A stretch of DNA of 64,000 bases from Candidatus Marinacidobacterales bacterium (GTDB taxonomy: Bacteria; Acidobacteriota; Vicinamibacteria; Marinacidobacterales; SMYC01). This document shows positions 39,143-50,054 of this stretch, piece by piece. The notes beneath the pieces are model-generated. The model was not told the DNA's origin and ran no database searches. It saw nothing but the letters and a program-made list of their open reading frames with translations. The stretch lies in the NCBI GenBank assembly GCA_965224085.1, contig CBDCYI010000005.1, positions 1,376,001 through 1,440,000 on the forward strand, in the 5' to 3' direction. Within the stretch, counting starts at the first letter, position 1; each line of letters begins with the position of its first letter. A program made the translations under genes and the position numbers.

Positions 39143-40537
39143 TCAGCCCGTACCCGATACGGATTCCTTCTCGTGCGTGTCCCTCTGCTTTCGGGGGTCG
39201 ATGAGGCCGTAATCCTTGATCTTCTTGTCGAGCGTGGGGCGGGTGATGCCGAGGACTTCACTCGTGCGGGATTTGTTCCAGTGCGTTTGCTTGAGAACGT
39301 GGTCGATGTAACGCCGCTCCATCTCTTTGAGCGTCGTGAGCTCTTCGGTCACGAGGCCGGTGCCCGCCGCTTCGGAGCGCAAGAGCGGCAAGTGCTCCGG
39401 AAGCAAGACGTCGCCATGAGCGAGCGTCACGGCGCGGGTGAGCGCGTTCTCGAGCTCGCGAACATTGCCTTTCCAGGCGGAGTTCACGAGCATCGTCAGG
39501 ACGCTGTCGGGCACTTTACGCACGTTGGTGTGCAGCTGGCGGTTGATCTTCTCGAGGAGGTAGGCGACTAGATCGGGGATGTCTTCACGGCGTTCGCGGA
39601 GCGCGGGAAGCTTGATCTCGACGACTTTGAGTCGGTAGTACAGGTCTTCGCGGAAGAGACCTTTGCGCACGAACTCTTCGAGATCGCGGTTCGTGGCGCC
39701 CACGATGCGAGCCTCGGTGTGTTGGAGTCGCTCGCCGCCCACGCGTGAGAACTCGCGATTCTCCACTACGCGCAAGAGCTTCGCCTGGAGACTAGGGGAG
39801 ATGTCGCCGATCTCGTCGAGAAAGAGCGTTCCTTTTCGCGCGATCTCGATCTTCCCTCGGCTGTCGCGCACCGCGCCGGTAAAAGCCCCTCGAACATGGC
39901 CGAAGAGCTCGCTTTCGAGAACGCCTTCGGCGAGCGCTGTGCAATTGACGGGGACGAAGGGCTCTTCTCTGTTGACGGAGTTGTAGTGGATCGCTCGAGC
40001 CACGAGCTCCTTGCCCGTGCCGGATTCGCCACCGATCAAGACGGTCGTCGTGCTTCGCGACAGCATGCCGATCGTCTTGAAGACTTCGCGCATCCCCGGG
40101 GTGCGCCCGACGATATTGTCGATGCTGAAGCCTTGGGACGCCTCGGTAACGAGGTAGTCGAGCTTGGTGTCCATTTCCATCATCCGATGGGCTTTTCGGA
40201 TGCTCAGGAGAAGCTCGTCATAGTCGATGGGCTTGCAGATGTAGTCGAAGGCACCGAGCTTCATCGCTTGGACGGTAGTCTTCATATCGTCGAAGGCTGT
40301 GATCATAATGACGTACGCTTTGTCATCGATCTCGCGGATGCGCTTCAAGACGTCGATGCCGTCCATGACGGGAAGATGGATGTCGAGAATGACGAGGTCC
40401 GGCTCGTTTTGCTGGAATTTCTCGACGCCTTCCCCGCCGTCGGCGGCGAGCGATACGTCGAAGCCTTCACTAGCGAGATGCGTTTTGAACGTTTGTCGTA
40501 TCAGACGGTTGTCGTCGATGACAAGAATCGATTTCAT
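39143..40537 (-). CDS. Sigma-54-dependent response regulator (NtrC/AtoC family)
   Basis: Receiver domain, GESGTGKE, ESELFGHVRGAFTGA, LFLDEI, Fis-type HTH. Confidence 0.96.
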   Translation of the reverse strand: MKSILVIDDNRLIRQTFKTHLASEGFDVSLAADGGEGVEKFQQNEPDLVILDIHLPVMDGIDVLKRIREIDDKAYVIMITAFDDMKTTVQAMKLGAFDYICKPIDYDELLLSIRKAHRMMEMDTKLDYLVTEASQGFSIDNIVGRTPGMREVFKTIGMLSRSTTTVLIGGESGTGKELVARAIHYNSVNREEPFVPVNCTALAEGVLESELFGHVRGAFTGAVRDSRGKIEIARKGTLFLDEIGDISPSLQAKLLRVVENREFSRVGGERLQHTEARIVGATNRDLEEFVRKGLFREDLYYRLKVVEIKLPALRERREDIPDLVAYLLEKINRQLHTNVRKVPDSVLTMLVNSAWKGNVRELENALTRAVTLAHGDVLLPEHLPLLRSEAAGTGLVTEELTTLKEMERRYIDHVLKQTHWNKSRTSEVLGITRPTLDKKIKDYGLIDPRKQRDTHEKESVSGTG

Positions 40538-42042
40538 GCCTCTCCGATGGCGATCTCAGTTTCCTCGGCTCGAGGCGCCGGTCGCGACTCATAAGGAAGC
40601 GTCACGGTAATCGTGGTCCCTTGCTTGGCCACGCTCGCGACTTCGATGCGGCCGCCGTGAAGCTCGATGACTTTGCGGGCGTTGGTGAGTCCTAGTCCGG
40701 TGCCCAGACTCTTGGTCGTAAAAAAGGCTTCGAAGATCGAGCCCATGTCGCTTTCTTCGATACCGGCGCCGTTATCTTCGATCGTCACCACCGCCACCGG
40801 ACCGTCATTGTTCTCCTGCAGCCTTGTGCGCACAAAAATGACGCCCCCTGTCGGTACCGCTTCCGTGGCATTCAAGAGGGTATTCAAGAAGGCGGATCGG
40901 AGCTGGTTCCCGTCCACATCTATGGGCGGGAGATTGTCGAATTCGGTGACGATCTCGATGTGCTTTTCCTCTACCGGTTCCTCGACGAAACGAAGCGCGT
41001 CTTCGAGTAGGTTCTCGAGGCGAAACTCTTCTTTGTAAAGCTGGGGCGCGCGCGCGTAGCTCAAGATGTCCTTGACGAGTTTTTCCACTTGTTGCACGCC
41101 GCTTTCAGCGATCCCAACCTGCTCGCGCTCGATCTCGTTGAGGGCGGGGTGCTTACCGATCTTCTGGATGTTGAGCTTGACCGCCGTCAGAGGATTCCGA
41201 ATCTCGTGCGCGAGCGCCGTCGCGAGGCGGCCGATGGTGGCGAGCTTCTCGGCTTCGCTGAGCTTCTGGGACGCTTCTTCGAGTTTCCCGCGGTCGTCGA
41301 GGATCTGGGCGGTCATCCGATTGAAGTTGGCCGCGAGCTCTCCGATCTCGTCCCCGGGCGGGATGTCGAGGCGATGCCGCAAGTCCCCGCGCGCCACGCG
41401 AATCGTGCCCTCGACGAGACTTTCGAGAGGCCGGCTGATGCGGTTCGCGAGGAACACCGAGCCGAGCGCACCAAAGGTAAGCCCGAGAAAGCCAAGGCTG
41501 ATGAGACCGATCCGCGTTCTCCGGATCTCGGCATTGACCTCCTCGAGGGATAAGCCGAGCTTGATGGCGCCCCAAAGTTCGCCTTCGACGAAGACAGGTG
41601 CGATGACCTCCAGCACTTCCACGATGCGGCCGTCCTTGGTGTCGAAACCGAACTCCCTCTTGACCACCTCGTCGCGCTCCAAACGGCCCATCTCGGCGCT
41701 CATCTCGAAGAGCTCTTCTGAGAAAATCTCCTTGGCTTCCTCGTTTGCGGCGAGGGTGCGCGCCTCACGATTGAAGATGATGGCAAAGACGACATCCTCG
41801 TCCTCCGCGGCGCGCTCGACGTTTTGTTGGAGTGCGACGAGGTCGTAATACATGATGCGGTTCTCCGAGAGGTCCGCCATCATTTGCGCGATCGAGGATG
41901 CATGCTCCCCGGCGCGATCTTTGAGCGCCGCGGTGCGCTCCATCTCAACGAAGAAGATGACGATGCTCATCAGCACGGTGATGAGCGCGGTCGAGCTGAG
42001 AATGAAGCGATCCCTGAGGCTGAGAGGAGCGATGCGCCACAT
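40534..42042 (-). CDS. HAMP-domain sensor histidine kinase
   Basis: Two TM segments, DEIGELAANFN HAMP, AHEIRNPL, FFTTKSLGTGLGL. Confidence 0.95.
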   Translation of the reverse strand: MWRIAPLSLRDRFILSSTALITVLMSIVIFFVEMERTAALKDRAGEHASSIAQMMADLSENRIMYYDLVALQQNVERAAEDEDVVFAIIFNREARTLAANEEAKEIFSEELFEMSAEMGRLERDEVVKREFGFDTKDGRIVEVLEVIAPVFVEGELWGAIKLGLSLEEVNAEIRRTRIGLISLGFLGLTFGALGSVFLANRISRPLESLVEGTIRVARGDLRHRLDIPPGDEIGELAANFNRMTAQILDDRGKLEEASQKLSEAEKLATIGRLATALAHEIRNPLTAVKLNIQKIGKHPALNEIEREQVGIAESGVQQVEKLVKDILSYARAPQLYKEEFRLENLLEDALRFVEEPVEEKHIEIVTEFDNLPPIDVDGNQLRSAFLNTLLNATEAVPTGGVIFVRTRLQENNDGPVAVVTIEDNGAGIEESDMGSIFEAFFTTKSLGTGLGLTNARKVIELHGGRIEVASVAKQGTTITVTLPYESRPAPRAEETEIAIGEA

Positions 42043-42046
42043 CCGC

Positions 42047-43810
42047 CTAGAGCTCGACTTCGGTCTCGCGCCCCTCCTTCGCCAGCCAGATGTCCTTCAT
42101 CTGGATGTAAGGCGTTCCCAGCGGAGTGAGCTTGAAACCGCGCACGTTGGGCCGCAGCAGAAATCGCAGCCGGCCGTAATCGGTGGGGATGATGGGTGAA
42201 TCGAGAAGAACAATCTCCTCGATCTTATGATAGAGTTCGTTCCTTTTTGTGTAGCTCGTCTCTGACCACACTTGATCGAGCAGCTTGTCGACCTGGCGGT
42301 TCTTGTAGCCGAACGTGTTCATGGGGCCTTGCGAGTGGAATAGCGGCCTCAAAAAGTTGTCCGGATCAGGAAAGTCTGCGAACCAGACGCTGTAGCGAAG
42401 GATAGCTTGATCACGAAAACGCGGCGCTTCAAAGTCGACGAGACCGTCCCTCTCGACGAGATTGACTTCCACCCCGACTTCCTTCAAGCAGGAGACGAGA
42501 CAGCTGTCACGAGCGAGAGAGCCGGGATCGGACGAGTACATGTTCTTCGGCAACACGGGAAGCAGGAGTGGCGGGAGGCCTTCTCCTCCGGGATAACCCG
42601 CTTCTGCCATGAGCTCGCGTGCTTTGACCAAGTCCCGGTCGTAGTGCGATTCTTTGGGGATGAAACCGGGAATACCCGGGGGGACGACGCTGCTGGCCGC
42701 GGTCGAACCGGCGGTCACTTTATGGGCGTCGAGAAAGCTTCTTTTGTCGAGTGCGTAATTTATCGCGAGGCGTACCTTGGGGTTGTCAAAGGGCGGCACG
42801 TGGTTCGGGAGATAAAGGTAGCGCAGAGCCAAGAAACGTTCCGCCTCGACGGCGATCCAGTCGGCATAGCTCACGACCCAGTTGGTCTCCAGACAATCGG
42901 CCACTTGGATGAAGGGTCGCGAAACACCTCCGTAGTCGCGCGCGTTCGAGATGGCGCGGAAAACCACCGCGTCTAAATGGGGACGCCCTTCGAAATATTG
43001 CAGGTTCGCTTCGAGCCTAATGCCTTGATAGATACCATTCAGCATCGGAATGCCCGCATCCTCGGAAGGCTCGATCCAGCGCGAGAACTGGAACGCGCCG
43101 GTGCCGATCGGAGCCTTGAAGAAGCCGTCGCCCCGATCGAGAAGCTCCTCCTTGGGGAGGATCTTGGACGAGTACATGCTGAGCACGGAGAGCGCCGGAA
43201 CGAAAGGCGTGACGAAGGTGATGCGGAACTCGCTGTCGCCGAGCGCTTCGAGTCCTTTGACGTGGCGGGCGCGCCCCGCGCGAAAATCCTCGGCGCCTTC
43301 GATACGGCTGAAGTAACTGTAGTTGTGGTCGTTCAGCCCGCGTATCAAAAGTCGCTCGAAACTGAAAACACAATCCTCGGCCGTCACCTTGCGTCCGTTG
43401 TGGAAGCGGGCATCCTCGCGCAGCTCGAACGTGTAGGTCTTGCCATCGGGAGAGATTTCCCAGAACTTGGCGAGTGCGGGAACGACATTCAGGTGCTCGT
43501 CGAAAGCCGTCAGGCCGTCATAAAGCTGCTGAACGAGCATGACATCCGTGCTGAAGATCGCCTTTGCGGGGTCCAGCATCCGCATGTTTTCCAGGAGCGG
43601 ATAGCGAAAAACGCCGCCCTGTACGGGATCTTCGACTAGGTTTTCGGCGCCGCGGATGTTTGCTCTGAGCGTCTCCTTCTTGATGAGGCGCCCGGCGAAA
43701 GCCGTCACCACAAAAAGGCACAAAAGGCCTCCGGGAATGAGCCATGCGCTCTTGCGGCCCATGGCTCCCGATCGGGACAGCGGCTCCTCAGGATCGGATG
43801 CTTGTTTCAT
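42047..43810 (-). CDS. Family-5 (OppA/DppA-like) substrate-binding protein with N-terminal hydrophobic segment
   Basis: LDPA, PALAKFWEISPDGKTYTFELR, PIGTGAF, VRLAINYALD, WFADFPDPDNFL; start uncertain. Confidence 0.92.
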   Translation of the reverse strand: MKQASDPEEPLSRSGAMGRKSAWLIPGGLLCLFVVTAFAGRLIKKETLRANIRGAENLVEDPVQGGVFRYPLLENMRMLDPAKAIFSTDVMLVQQLYDGLTAFDEHLNVVPALAKFWEISPDGKTYTFELREDARFHNGRKVTAEDCVFSFERLLIRGLNDHNYSYFSRIEGAEDFRAGRARHVKGLEALGDSEFRITFVTPFVPALSVLSMYSSKILPKEELLDRGDGFFKAPIGTGAFQFSRWIEPSEDAGIPMLNGIYQGIRLEANLQYFEGRPHLDAVVFRAISNARDYGGVSRPFIQVADCLETNWVVSYADWIAVEAERFLALRYLYLPNHVPPFDNPKVRLAINYALDKRSFLDAHKVTAGSTAASSVVPPGIPGFIPKESHYDRDLVKARELMAEAGYPGGEGLPPLLLPVLPKNMYSSDPGSLARDSCLVSCLKEVGVEVNLVERDGLVDFEAPRFRDQAILRYSVWFADFPDPDNFLRPLFHSQGPMNTFGYKNRQVDKLLDQVWSETSYTKRNELYHKIEEIVLLDSPIIPTDYGRLRFLLRPNVRGFKLTPLGTPYIQMKDIWLAKEGRETEVEL

Positions 43811-43906
43811 AGCGACGTTTCTGACGGCGACCAAGGAGCGTCCGTGGTCGAGTCCCAGCCCTAGATTAGTTTACGGCCGCCGGCCGCGCAACCCGAGATA
43901 AGCCTC

Positions 43907-44818
43907 TCAGAATGAGAGCTTTCCCTCGGCGATCTCGACCGCCTTACCCCCGACGCGGACCTCGAAAGGCCCCTTCTCGCCGCTATCCACGTCGACGTAG
44001 ATAGCACTCGGACGGCCCATTTCGTAACCTTGCTCCACAACAATATGCGCCGTCGGCTCCGCTGTCACGAGCCCTCGGTGGACGAGGTAGGCCCCGAGTG
44101 CGCCCGAGGCGCTCCCGGTCGCCGGGTCCTCCACGACGCCGACGGTCGGGGCGAACATGCGGGCATGCACGGTACTTTCGGGGTGAATGCATTCGCGCGT
44201 GAAGATCATGAAAGAATCGGTCTGGGTCTCCGCAAGAACTTTCCTCATCGCGACGAGGTCGAGCTCGATCTTGTCCAGGTGCCGGAGCGAGCGCGCCGGG
44301 ACCATCAGCTGCGGAACCGCGGTGGAGACGACTTGTGCGGGCAGGTTGTCGGGGAGGAGTTGATCCTCGGAAAGTCCAACCGCGTCTGCGAGAAGTTTGC
44401 GGTCGGTATATTCGTCGAAGAAGCGCGGCGGGGATTGCGTCATCGTGACTTGATCCACGTGGCCATTCTTGACGACGATATTCACCGGAAGCACGCCTGC
44501 TTGACACTCTTGAAAGATACGGTTCGAGCCTTCCTTCACCTCGAGGATCCCGTGCTTGGCGAGCACGAAACACGTCCCCACAACGGGATGGCCCGCTAGC
44601 GGCAGCTCGGATGTCGGGGTAAAGATGCGCAAGCGGAACTGTGCCTTCAAATCCGTCGCCGGAAGAACAAAGGTCGTCTCCGAGAGGTTCATCTCTTTCG
44701 CGATGGATTGCATGTCCTCGGAGCTGAGCCCCTCGGCATCGGGGAAAATGGCGAGTGGATTTCCGGTAAAAGGACGATCCGTGAAGACGTCGGTCTGGAA
44801 GAAGTGATACTCCCTCAT
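43907..44818 (-). CDS. PhzF family isomerase/epimerase
   Basis: DVFTDRPFTGNP, EMNLSETTF, ELPLAGHP, EDPATGSA, EQGYEMGRPS. Confidence 0.95.
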   Translation of the reverse strand: MREYHFFQTDVFTDRPFTGNPLAIFPDAEGLSSEDMQSIAKEMNLSETTFVLPATDLKAQFRLRIFTPTSELPLAGHPVVGTCFVLAKHGILEVKEGSNRIFQECQAGVLPVNIVVKNGHVDQVTMTQSPPRFFDEYTDRKLLADAVGLSEDQLLPDNLPAQVVSTAVPQLMVPARSLRHLDKIELDLVAMRKVLAETQTDSFMIFTRECIHPESTVHARMFAPTVGVVEDPATGSASGALGAYLVHRGLVTAEPTAHIVVEQGYEMGRPSAIYVDVDSGEKGPFEVRVGGKAVEIAEGKLSF

Positions 44819-44890
44819 AGACAGGAAATACTACCCCAAAAGGATGCAAACCTGCTGTGAGTGTCTTGCTTCCCTGCTACGACGCATGCT

Positions 44891-46859
44891 CTAGGGCACC
44901 ACGCGCTCGAAGCGCAGTTTGTCGACCGCGAGAAATGGGTCACCTTCGGTCGGGATCCCCGGCACGAGCTCGAGCAAATTGATGCGTCGCCAATAGCCGG
45001 CATCCGCCATCAGCATATATTCTTCCATCGTCGAGCGCGGAAAGAGGCCACCAACCCGCGCACCGTTCAGCCAGACCTCGACGGGTGCCGGCTCGACCCC
45101 GGGCGGCGCCGCACACTCGATGTACACGCGCAGCGACTCGGATCGATCCGTCGGAACGAAAATCCCCGCTCGCGGCCCCTCGGCATGTCGAACGTCGCGC
45201 TTGAGCTCCTCCCAATCCTTGAGACCACTCCACCCGTTTCCGATGAACGCGGGATCGCTCGGGCCGAGATCGATGACCCCACCCATGTTGAGCATGCTGT
45301 GAAAGAGATATTTGCCGACGAGGATGTCGTATTGCGTCTTCGGTCGATCGTAACGAACGGCGAAGAGCCAGTTCATGGGAAACGAGAATGGATAGCCGAT
45401 GCCGTCGAAGATGTCTTCGAGCCCAGCCTCCGCCGCCGCCTGCCATGAGATCGTGCCGTCCGGCGGGAGGCGTCCCTTGCGATACTGCTCCATGAGCAAA
45501 CCGTTACTGGCGACGACCATCACTAACAAGGCGGCGACGACCGCACGCGGGTACCGCCCAACTCGATCGATCGCAAAGGCCAAGCTCGTCGCGAGCCCGA
45601 GCGCAAAAACCGGAAGCACGGAATCGAAACGTCGGGCTCCGAACGAGCCCCCCGCCCACCAGTCGGAAACCGAGCTGTTCACGTAAGTAAGAAGAAGCAG
45701 CAAGCCTATGAGCGGCAAACCCGTGCGCGGGTTTTGACGCGCGAAACCGGGGAGCCCGAAAACGGCGAGCAGCAGAATGGGACTCCAAGCAAAAAGGCCG
45801 TGCCGCGACGAGAATAGCGTCTCGGTAAAAAACGGATCCTCCCAGCGCATATAGTCGGCGCCCAAAGGGACACCGATATAGAAGCGGTCGAAAATGATCT
45901 TCCAGCTCAGGAATTGCGGCGCGAGCGCCGCGAAAGCCGCCGCACCGAGAACGATGACGGGCAGCCATTTCTTGCGGACGAGCTGAGCGAGGAGGCTCGG
46001 CACAAGCAAGATTCCGAAAACCCCGTTTTGCCACCGTACGCACGCGGCTGCGCCGAGCACGAGGCCGATGACTACATAGTCCCGCAAGCTTTTCGGGTCA
46101 TCGATCCAGAGCTTCAAAAAGAGGGCGACGAGAAGAAAAGTCAACGCATGCGTATAAATGGAATGGTAAGTGAGATACCAGCCGAGAAAACTTCCGACCC
46201 CGATCCCGACCGTCGTCAGATAAGCCACTCCTGGCTCGAACCAATAGCGCACGAAGCGATCGAGCACGAGAAGCCCAAGCCATCCCAAAAAGAGGTTTCC
46301 GAGCGCGACTGTATGTAGATAAGGATCGCTTATTCCATCATAGGCGGTTCTAATCCCGTGAACGTTCGACCACCACGCGCTCACATGGCCGAGCCAAAGC
46401 AACGGTACCCAAGATAGCGGGGCTCCGACGGGAAAGGTAAAGCGCGCACGCCCGGTCTCTCGCACCGATTGCGAGCCTCTCCCGTGATCGATGCCGAGCC
46501 TTTGATACTGGTTGAGAAGATCGATGTCCCCATCGAAAGCGACGGAATGCGCGTAGGAGTAATACCAAAGTCCGTCGCCGCGCAGACGAAAGCCGCGAAA
46601 ATGAAAGAAGCGGAAGGAGGAGGAGGAGCAGACCCACGTAGGCGTAGAACCGTTCGTTCCGGCGAAATCCCTCGAAGGCGACGAGTCCGAGCGCTACGAG
46701 CATGCAGGCCGCGAAACCGATGGGGGTCACAGGACCAATGAGAGATACACCGCCGGTCATCACGACCACGGCTAGATCGAAAAGAGCGAGATACGAGGCT
46801 CCGCGAAGGATCCATTGAGCTTTGGCACTCACAATGTTTTTGTCGCGCGTCGGTGTCAT
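44891..46859 (-). pseudogene. GT-C-like polytopic membrane glycosyltransferase with one frameshift near 46605
   Basis: N-terminal TMs in one frame; RGDGLWYYSYAHSVAFDGDIDLLNQY is in frame with the 524-aa ORF; SRHGLFAWSP, WWAGGSFGARRF. Confidence 0.72.
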
Positions 46860-46972
46860 CTTGCTAGCGGTTTGCTTACATAGTAGTATCTGAAGTGCTG
46901 CATGAGCTTCCGCACACTCTACGAAGTCGTGCTCACGCGATACCACTGAGACAAAGATCGTGTCCATCGCGA

Positions 46973-47848
46973 TCACACGACGACTTCTAGCTCGCCCGGC
47001 AGCACGTCGATCCGCACCGGGGTTTCTTGAAGGAGTTCGCCGTCCGCGAAAAACTCTGCGGGCTCCTGTGTCTCGATCTCGACGAACTTCGTTTTACGGT
47101 ACTCGACGCTCCAGTGCCCGAGATGAGAACCCGAGAACACGGTCGGGAACATGAAGAGAAGCCCCGCTCTCGAGATGTCCCGCACGAGGCACAAATCCAG
47201 AAGCCCGTCCTCTAGCTTCGCTTCCGGCGTGATGTGCATCCCGCCGCCATAGCGCCGGCCATTGCCGATGGCCGCGAAGGTCACGGGACCTTCGTAGACG
47301 CCGCCGTCATAGCGCACCCGAGCTTCGAGATGGCGAAAGTCGAGGAGCGTGCGGAAAACGGCGTAGCCATAGACCAATCTACCTGATAGAAGCGGCGTGT
47401 TCTGGGCGTGGCGCGCGGCTTGGGCGTCGAAGCCAGTGCCGCCGACGCCAAGAAAAACGCCGGCTTCTGTTTTTCCGAGGTCGACGAAACGCCGCTTGTC
47501 TCGAGTAAGTGCGTCGAGCGTGTGCTCCATCGCGTGGATGCCGAGCTCCGCGGCAAAATCGTTACCGCGCCCCGCCGGCAGGATCGCGAGAGCTGGCCGT
47601 TGTGGTTTCGGCGTCTGAACGAGCCCGTTGACGACGACGCTCAAAGTCCCGTCTCCTCCTGCAGCGAGGAGCACGTCGTGCCGCGCGCGCCTTGCACCAG
47701 CGGCGGTAGCTCGCGCGTCGTCAGAGCTCGCCGGCGACGCCAACTCGACGGCAGCGCCACCCGACTCCAGGCGGGTCACGAGCTTGTCGACTTGCGAGCG
47801 ACGGCCGGACGTTCCGGAGCGGGGATTACGAATGACGAGCACGCGCAT
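46973..47848 (-). CDS. Diacylglycerol kinase family lipid kinase (YegS/DgkB-like)
   Basis: NPRSG, AGGDGT, PAGRGNDFA, YGGGM, ADGE. Confidence 0.93.
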   Translation of the reverse strand: MRVLVIRNPRSGTSGRRSQVDKLVTRLESGGAAVELASPASSDDARATAAGARRARHDVLLAAGGDGTLSVVVNGLVQTPKPQRPALAILPAGRGNDFAAELGIHAMEHTLDALTRDKRRFVDLGKTEAGVFLGVGGTGFDAQAARHAQNTPLLSGRLVYGYAVFRTLLDFRHLEARVRYDGGVYEGPVTFAAIGNGRRYGGGMHITPEAKLEDGLLDLCLVRDISRAGLLFMFPTVFSGSHLGHWSVEYRKTKFVEIETQEPAEFFADGELLQETPVRIDVLPGELEVVV

Positions 47849-47938
47849 GCGCAGAGTGTATCCCGGCACTCTGAAGAAAGGTCGCACTCAGCGGCCCTCA
47901 GCGGAGAGCCGCTTTCTGCTATCCTTTCGCTCATCCGA

Positions 47939-49627
47939 ATGCGGACGGTCTCCCATCGAGCTCTCGCTCTCGTCGCCTACCTCTGGCTTTGCTTCAGCTG
48001 GTTCGATCACGACTTCGATTTCTTTCTGGCCGCGACGCCTGCGTGGATCCCCGCGCTGATCCTGCTTCTGGTCACCGTCGCGACGTGGCGGCCGCGCTTC
48101 GACAGCGATGACCGCGTAGCACTCGGCTTCGCGGCGCTTGCGCTCGTTTTGCGTCTTCCTTTTCTCTGGGGCGCTTATGGCCTGTTCAGCTCCGACGCTT
48201 CGGCACAGGGGTTGATGGCGCTCCACATTCTCGAAGGCGAGCACCATCCCATCTTTCTCTACAACTGGTCCTATGTCGGTAGTCTCAAAGCACACTTGAC
48301 GGCGCTCATCGCCGCTGCCTTCGGCGAGCCGGTCGTGAGCTTCGCCGCCGCGGCCGCCCTCATCTACGCGCTCTTTAGCGCAGCGATCTATCGTCTCGCG
48401 CGAACGGTGGTCCCACGCGCCGAGGCGAGCATTGCGGCGATCTACGTCATCGCCGCCCCCGGCTTTCTCACGGCGTGGGGGATGGGAAACGAAGGGAACT
48501 ATGTTGATGTGATGTTTCTCGGGACCATGATGCTTGCCATTGCAGCTCGGTGGATGCGAGGCGACGCGGCGGGCTTCTACGAGGCTTTTTGGATCGGTGT
48601 GCTCGGGGGGCTCGCCTTTTGGACGCACATCCTTGCCACCTACTACCTCTTGACGGTAATCGGGGTCCTGGCACTCCATCGATTCAGGCAATTCAGGCGA
48701 TTTAGGCGCTTTGGGCGGGACGGATTGGTGCGACTCGCGAGCTTCGCGGGCGGCTTCATCGTCGGGGACTTCCCGGGCATTCTATGGAACGCGAAGCACG
48801 AGTGGCTCAGCTTTCGCTGGTGGAGCCTCGACGCCGAGACGGTCGAAGCCGTCGACCGCTTGGGCCGGACGCTGACGCAGCTCGAGCAAGTCGCGGCGAC
48901 GTCTCTCTCCGTGCTGTCCGGCTACGGGCCTCGCGAAGCGCTTCCCTGGCCCGCGCCGTTTTGGCACGTCGCGCTGGGACTTCTCATCCCAGCGGTCTTT
49001 CTGTTCTTCGCCTGGCAGCACCGGCGCGCGCTGACGTCGATCTCACCCGAAAGCATGCTTGTCGGCTTCCCCGTCCTCGTGGTGCTGGTATTCGCGCAAA
49101 GTAGCTTCGGGTGGATGACAGACGAGCCTCGCTACCTCTTGTTCTTGTTCTCCGTCGTCCCGATCTTCCTGGGCTCCGCGGCCATAGCACTTTGGAATCG
49201 ATCGCGCCTGCTCGCGGGCGCAGCCCTTCTGTCTCTGCTATTCGTGAACGTTCGCGGCGATGTCGCGTATCTTCAGGTCGCGCTCGAAAGCGACGGTGTC
49301 AACCGGGAGTTCATAGGAGAGCTCGAAAAGCTCGGCATCCGCTATGTGCGCTCCGACTATCATCTTTCCTACAAATATGTGTTCTTGAGCCACGGCCGGA
49401 TGGTTTGGACCTCCGAGCTGGGCCCGGCGCAGACAGAGTGGTACTTTCCTTTCCGCGATCAAGTGGCGAAGGCCGAAGATGTTGCGATCGTGCCGCGAAG
49501 CTTTCGATTCGCGCGCCGAATCCGCCGCCGGCTCGACGCGAAGGGCATCCACTACCGGCAAGCGAGCTTGCTCTATCCCGTCCTTTACGATTTCAGTGAG
49601 CCCGTTCGTCTCTCATCTCTGCGTTAG
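47939..49627 (+). CDS. ArnT/PMT-like (GT-C) polytopic membrane protein
   Basis: FSSDASAQGLMALHI...YVGSL luminal loop, many TM helices, EPRYL. Confidence 0.7.
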   Translation: MRTVSHRALALVAYLWLCFSWFDHDFDFFLAATPAWIPALILLLVTVATWRPRFDSDDRVALGFAALALVLRLPFLWGAYGLFSSDASAQGLMALHILEGEHHPIFLYNWSYVGSLKAHLTALIAAAFGEPVVSFAAAAALIYALFSAAIYRLARTVVPRAEASIAAIYVIAAPGFLTAWGMGNEGNYVDVMFLGTMMLAIAARWMRGDAAGFYEAFWIGVLGGLAFWTHILATYYLLTVIGVLALHRFRQFRRFRRFGRDGLVRLASFAGGFIVGDFPGILWNAKHEWLSFRWWSLDAETVEAVDRLGRTLTQLEQVAATSLSVLSGYGPREALPWPAPFWHVALGLLIPAVFLFFAWQHRRALTSISPESMLVGFPVLVVLVFAQSSFGWMTDEPRYLLFLFSVVPIFLGSAAIALWNRSRLLAGAALLSLLFVNVRGDVAYLQVALESDGVNREFIGELEKLGIRYVRSDYHLSYKYVFLSHGRMVWTSELGPAQTEWYFPFRDQVAKAEDVAIVPRSFRFARRIRRRLDAKGIHYRQASLLYPVLYDFSEPVRLSSLR

Positions 49628-49783
49628 CAGCTGATGGACCTCCCGCTGAATGCTATGTCTGCGACGAGCCGCACGAGTGGAATCCGATGGTCTATTCATC
49701 GTTCGTCTCATCCAGAATCCGTACTCGACTCCGGAGTTGGAAAGAGTCTTTAGAAGGCTTTCAACCGCGGGCGCGTCTGGCAT
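49613..49783 (-). pseudogene. Possible nucleotidyltransferase N-terminal remnant
   Basis: MPDAPAVESLLKTLSNSGVEY resembles the start of small NTases but diverges before the expected GG motif; overlaps the upstream small ORF. Confidence 0.4.
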
Positions 49784-49958
49784 CGTGGCCGGCTCGGCGC
49801 AGCTCTTTCGCCGCGCGTTCGAGGTTCGCGAGAGCACGAAGGCGCTCTTCGACGGAGAGCTTCAAGTTCTCGCGAAGTATCGTCCGATCCACATCCTTCG
49901 TGTAGGCCTCGATCACAGGACCGCGTTCGATGGGGAAGCAAGCTTTTTTCTCCGTCAT
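49761..49958 (-). CDS. Small conserved-type hypothetical protein (DVDRTILRENLKLSVEERL)
   Basis: PVIEAY.KDVDRT.LRENLKL...ERL resembles small proteins I recall upstream of nucleotidyltransferases. Confidence 0.65.
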   Translation of the reverse strand: MTEKKACFPIERGPVIEAYTKDVDRTILRENLKLSVEERLRALANLERAAKELRRAGHDARRARG

Positions 49959-50054
49959 GAGCTCATTCCAGAGCTCACACGAGGCTTCTGGCTAGCAGAA
50001 TAGAGGACGGGCATCGTTTCTCTCCCGCGCCGGCGGGCTGGGCGAAGGTTCACT

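Noticed and set aside
48680-48712. 9-bp tandem repeat encoding RFRQFRRFRRF
   Set aside because: Short, degenerate and in frame; probably a slippage expansion in a cytoplasmic loop
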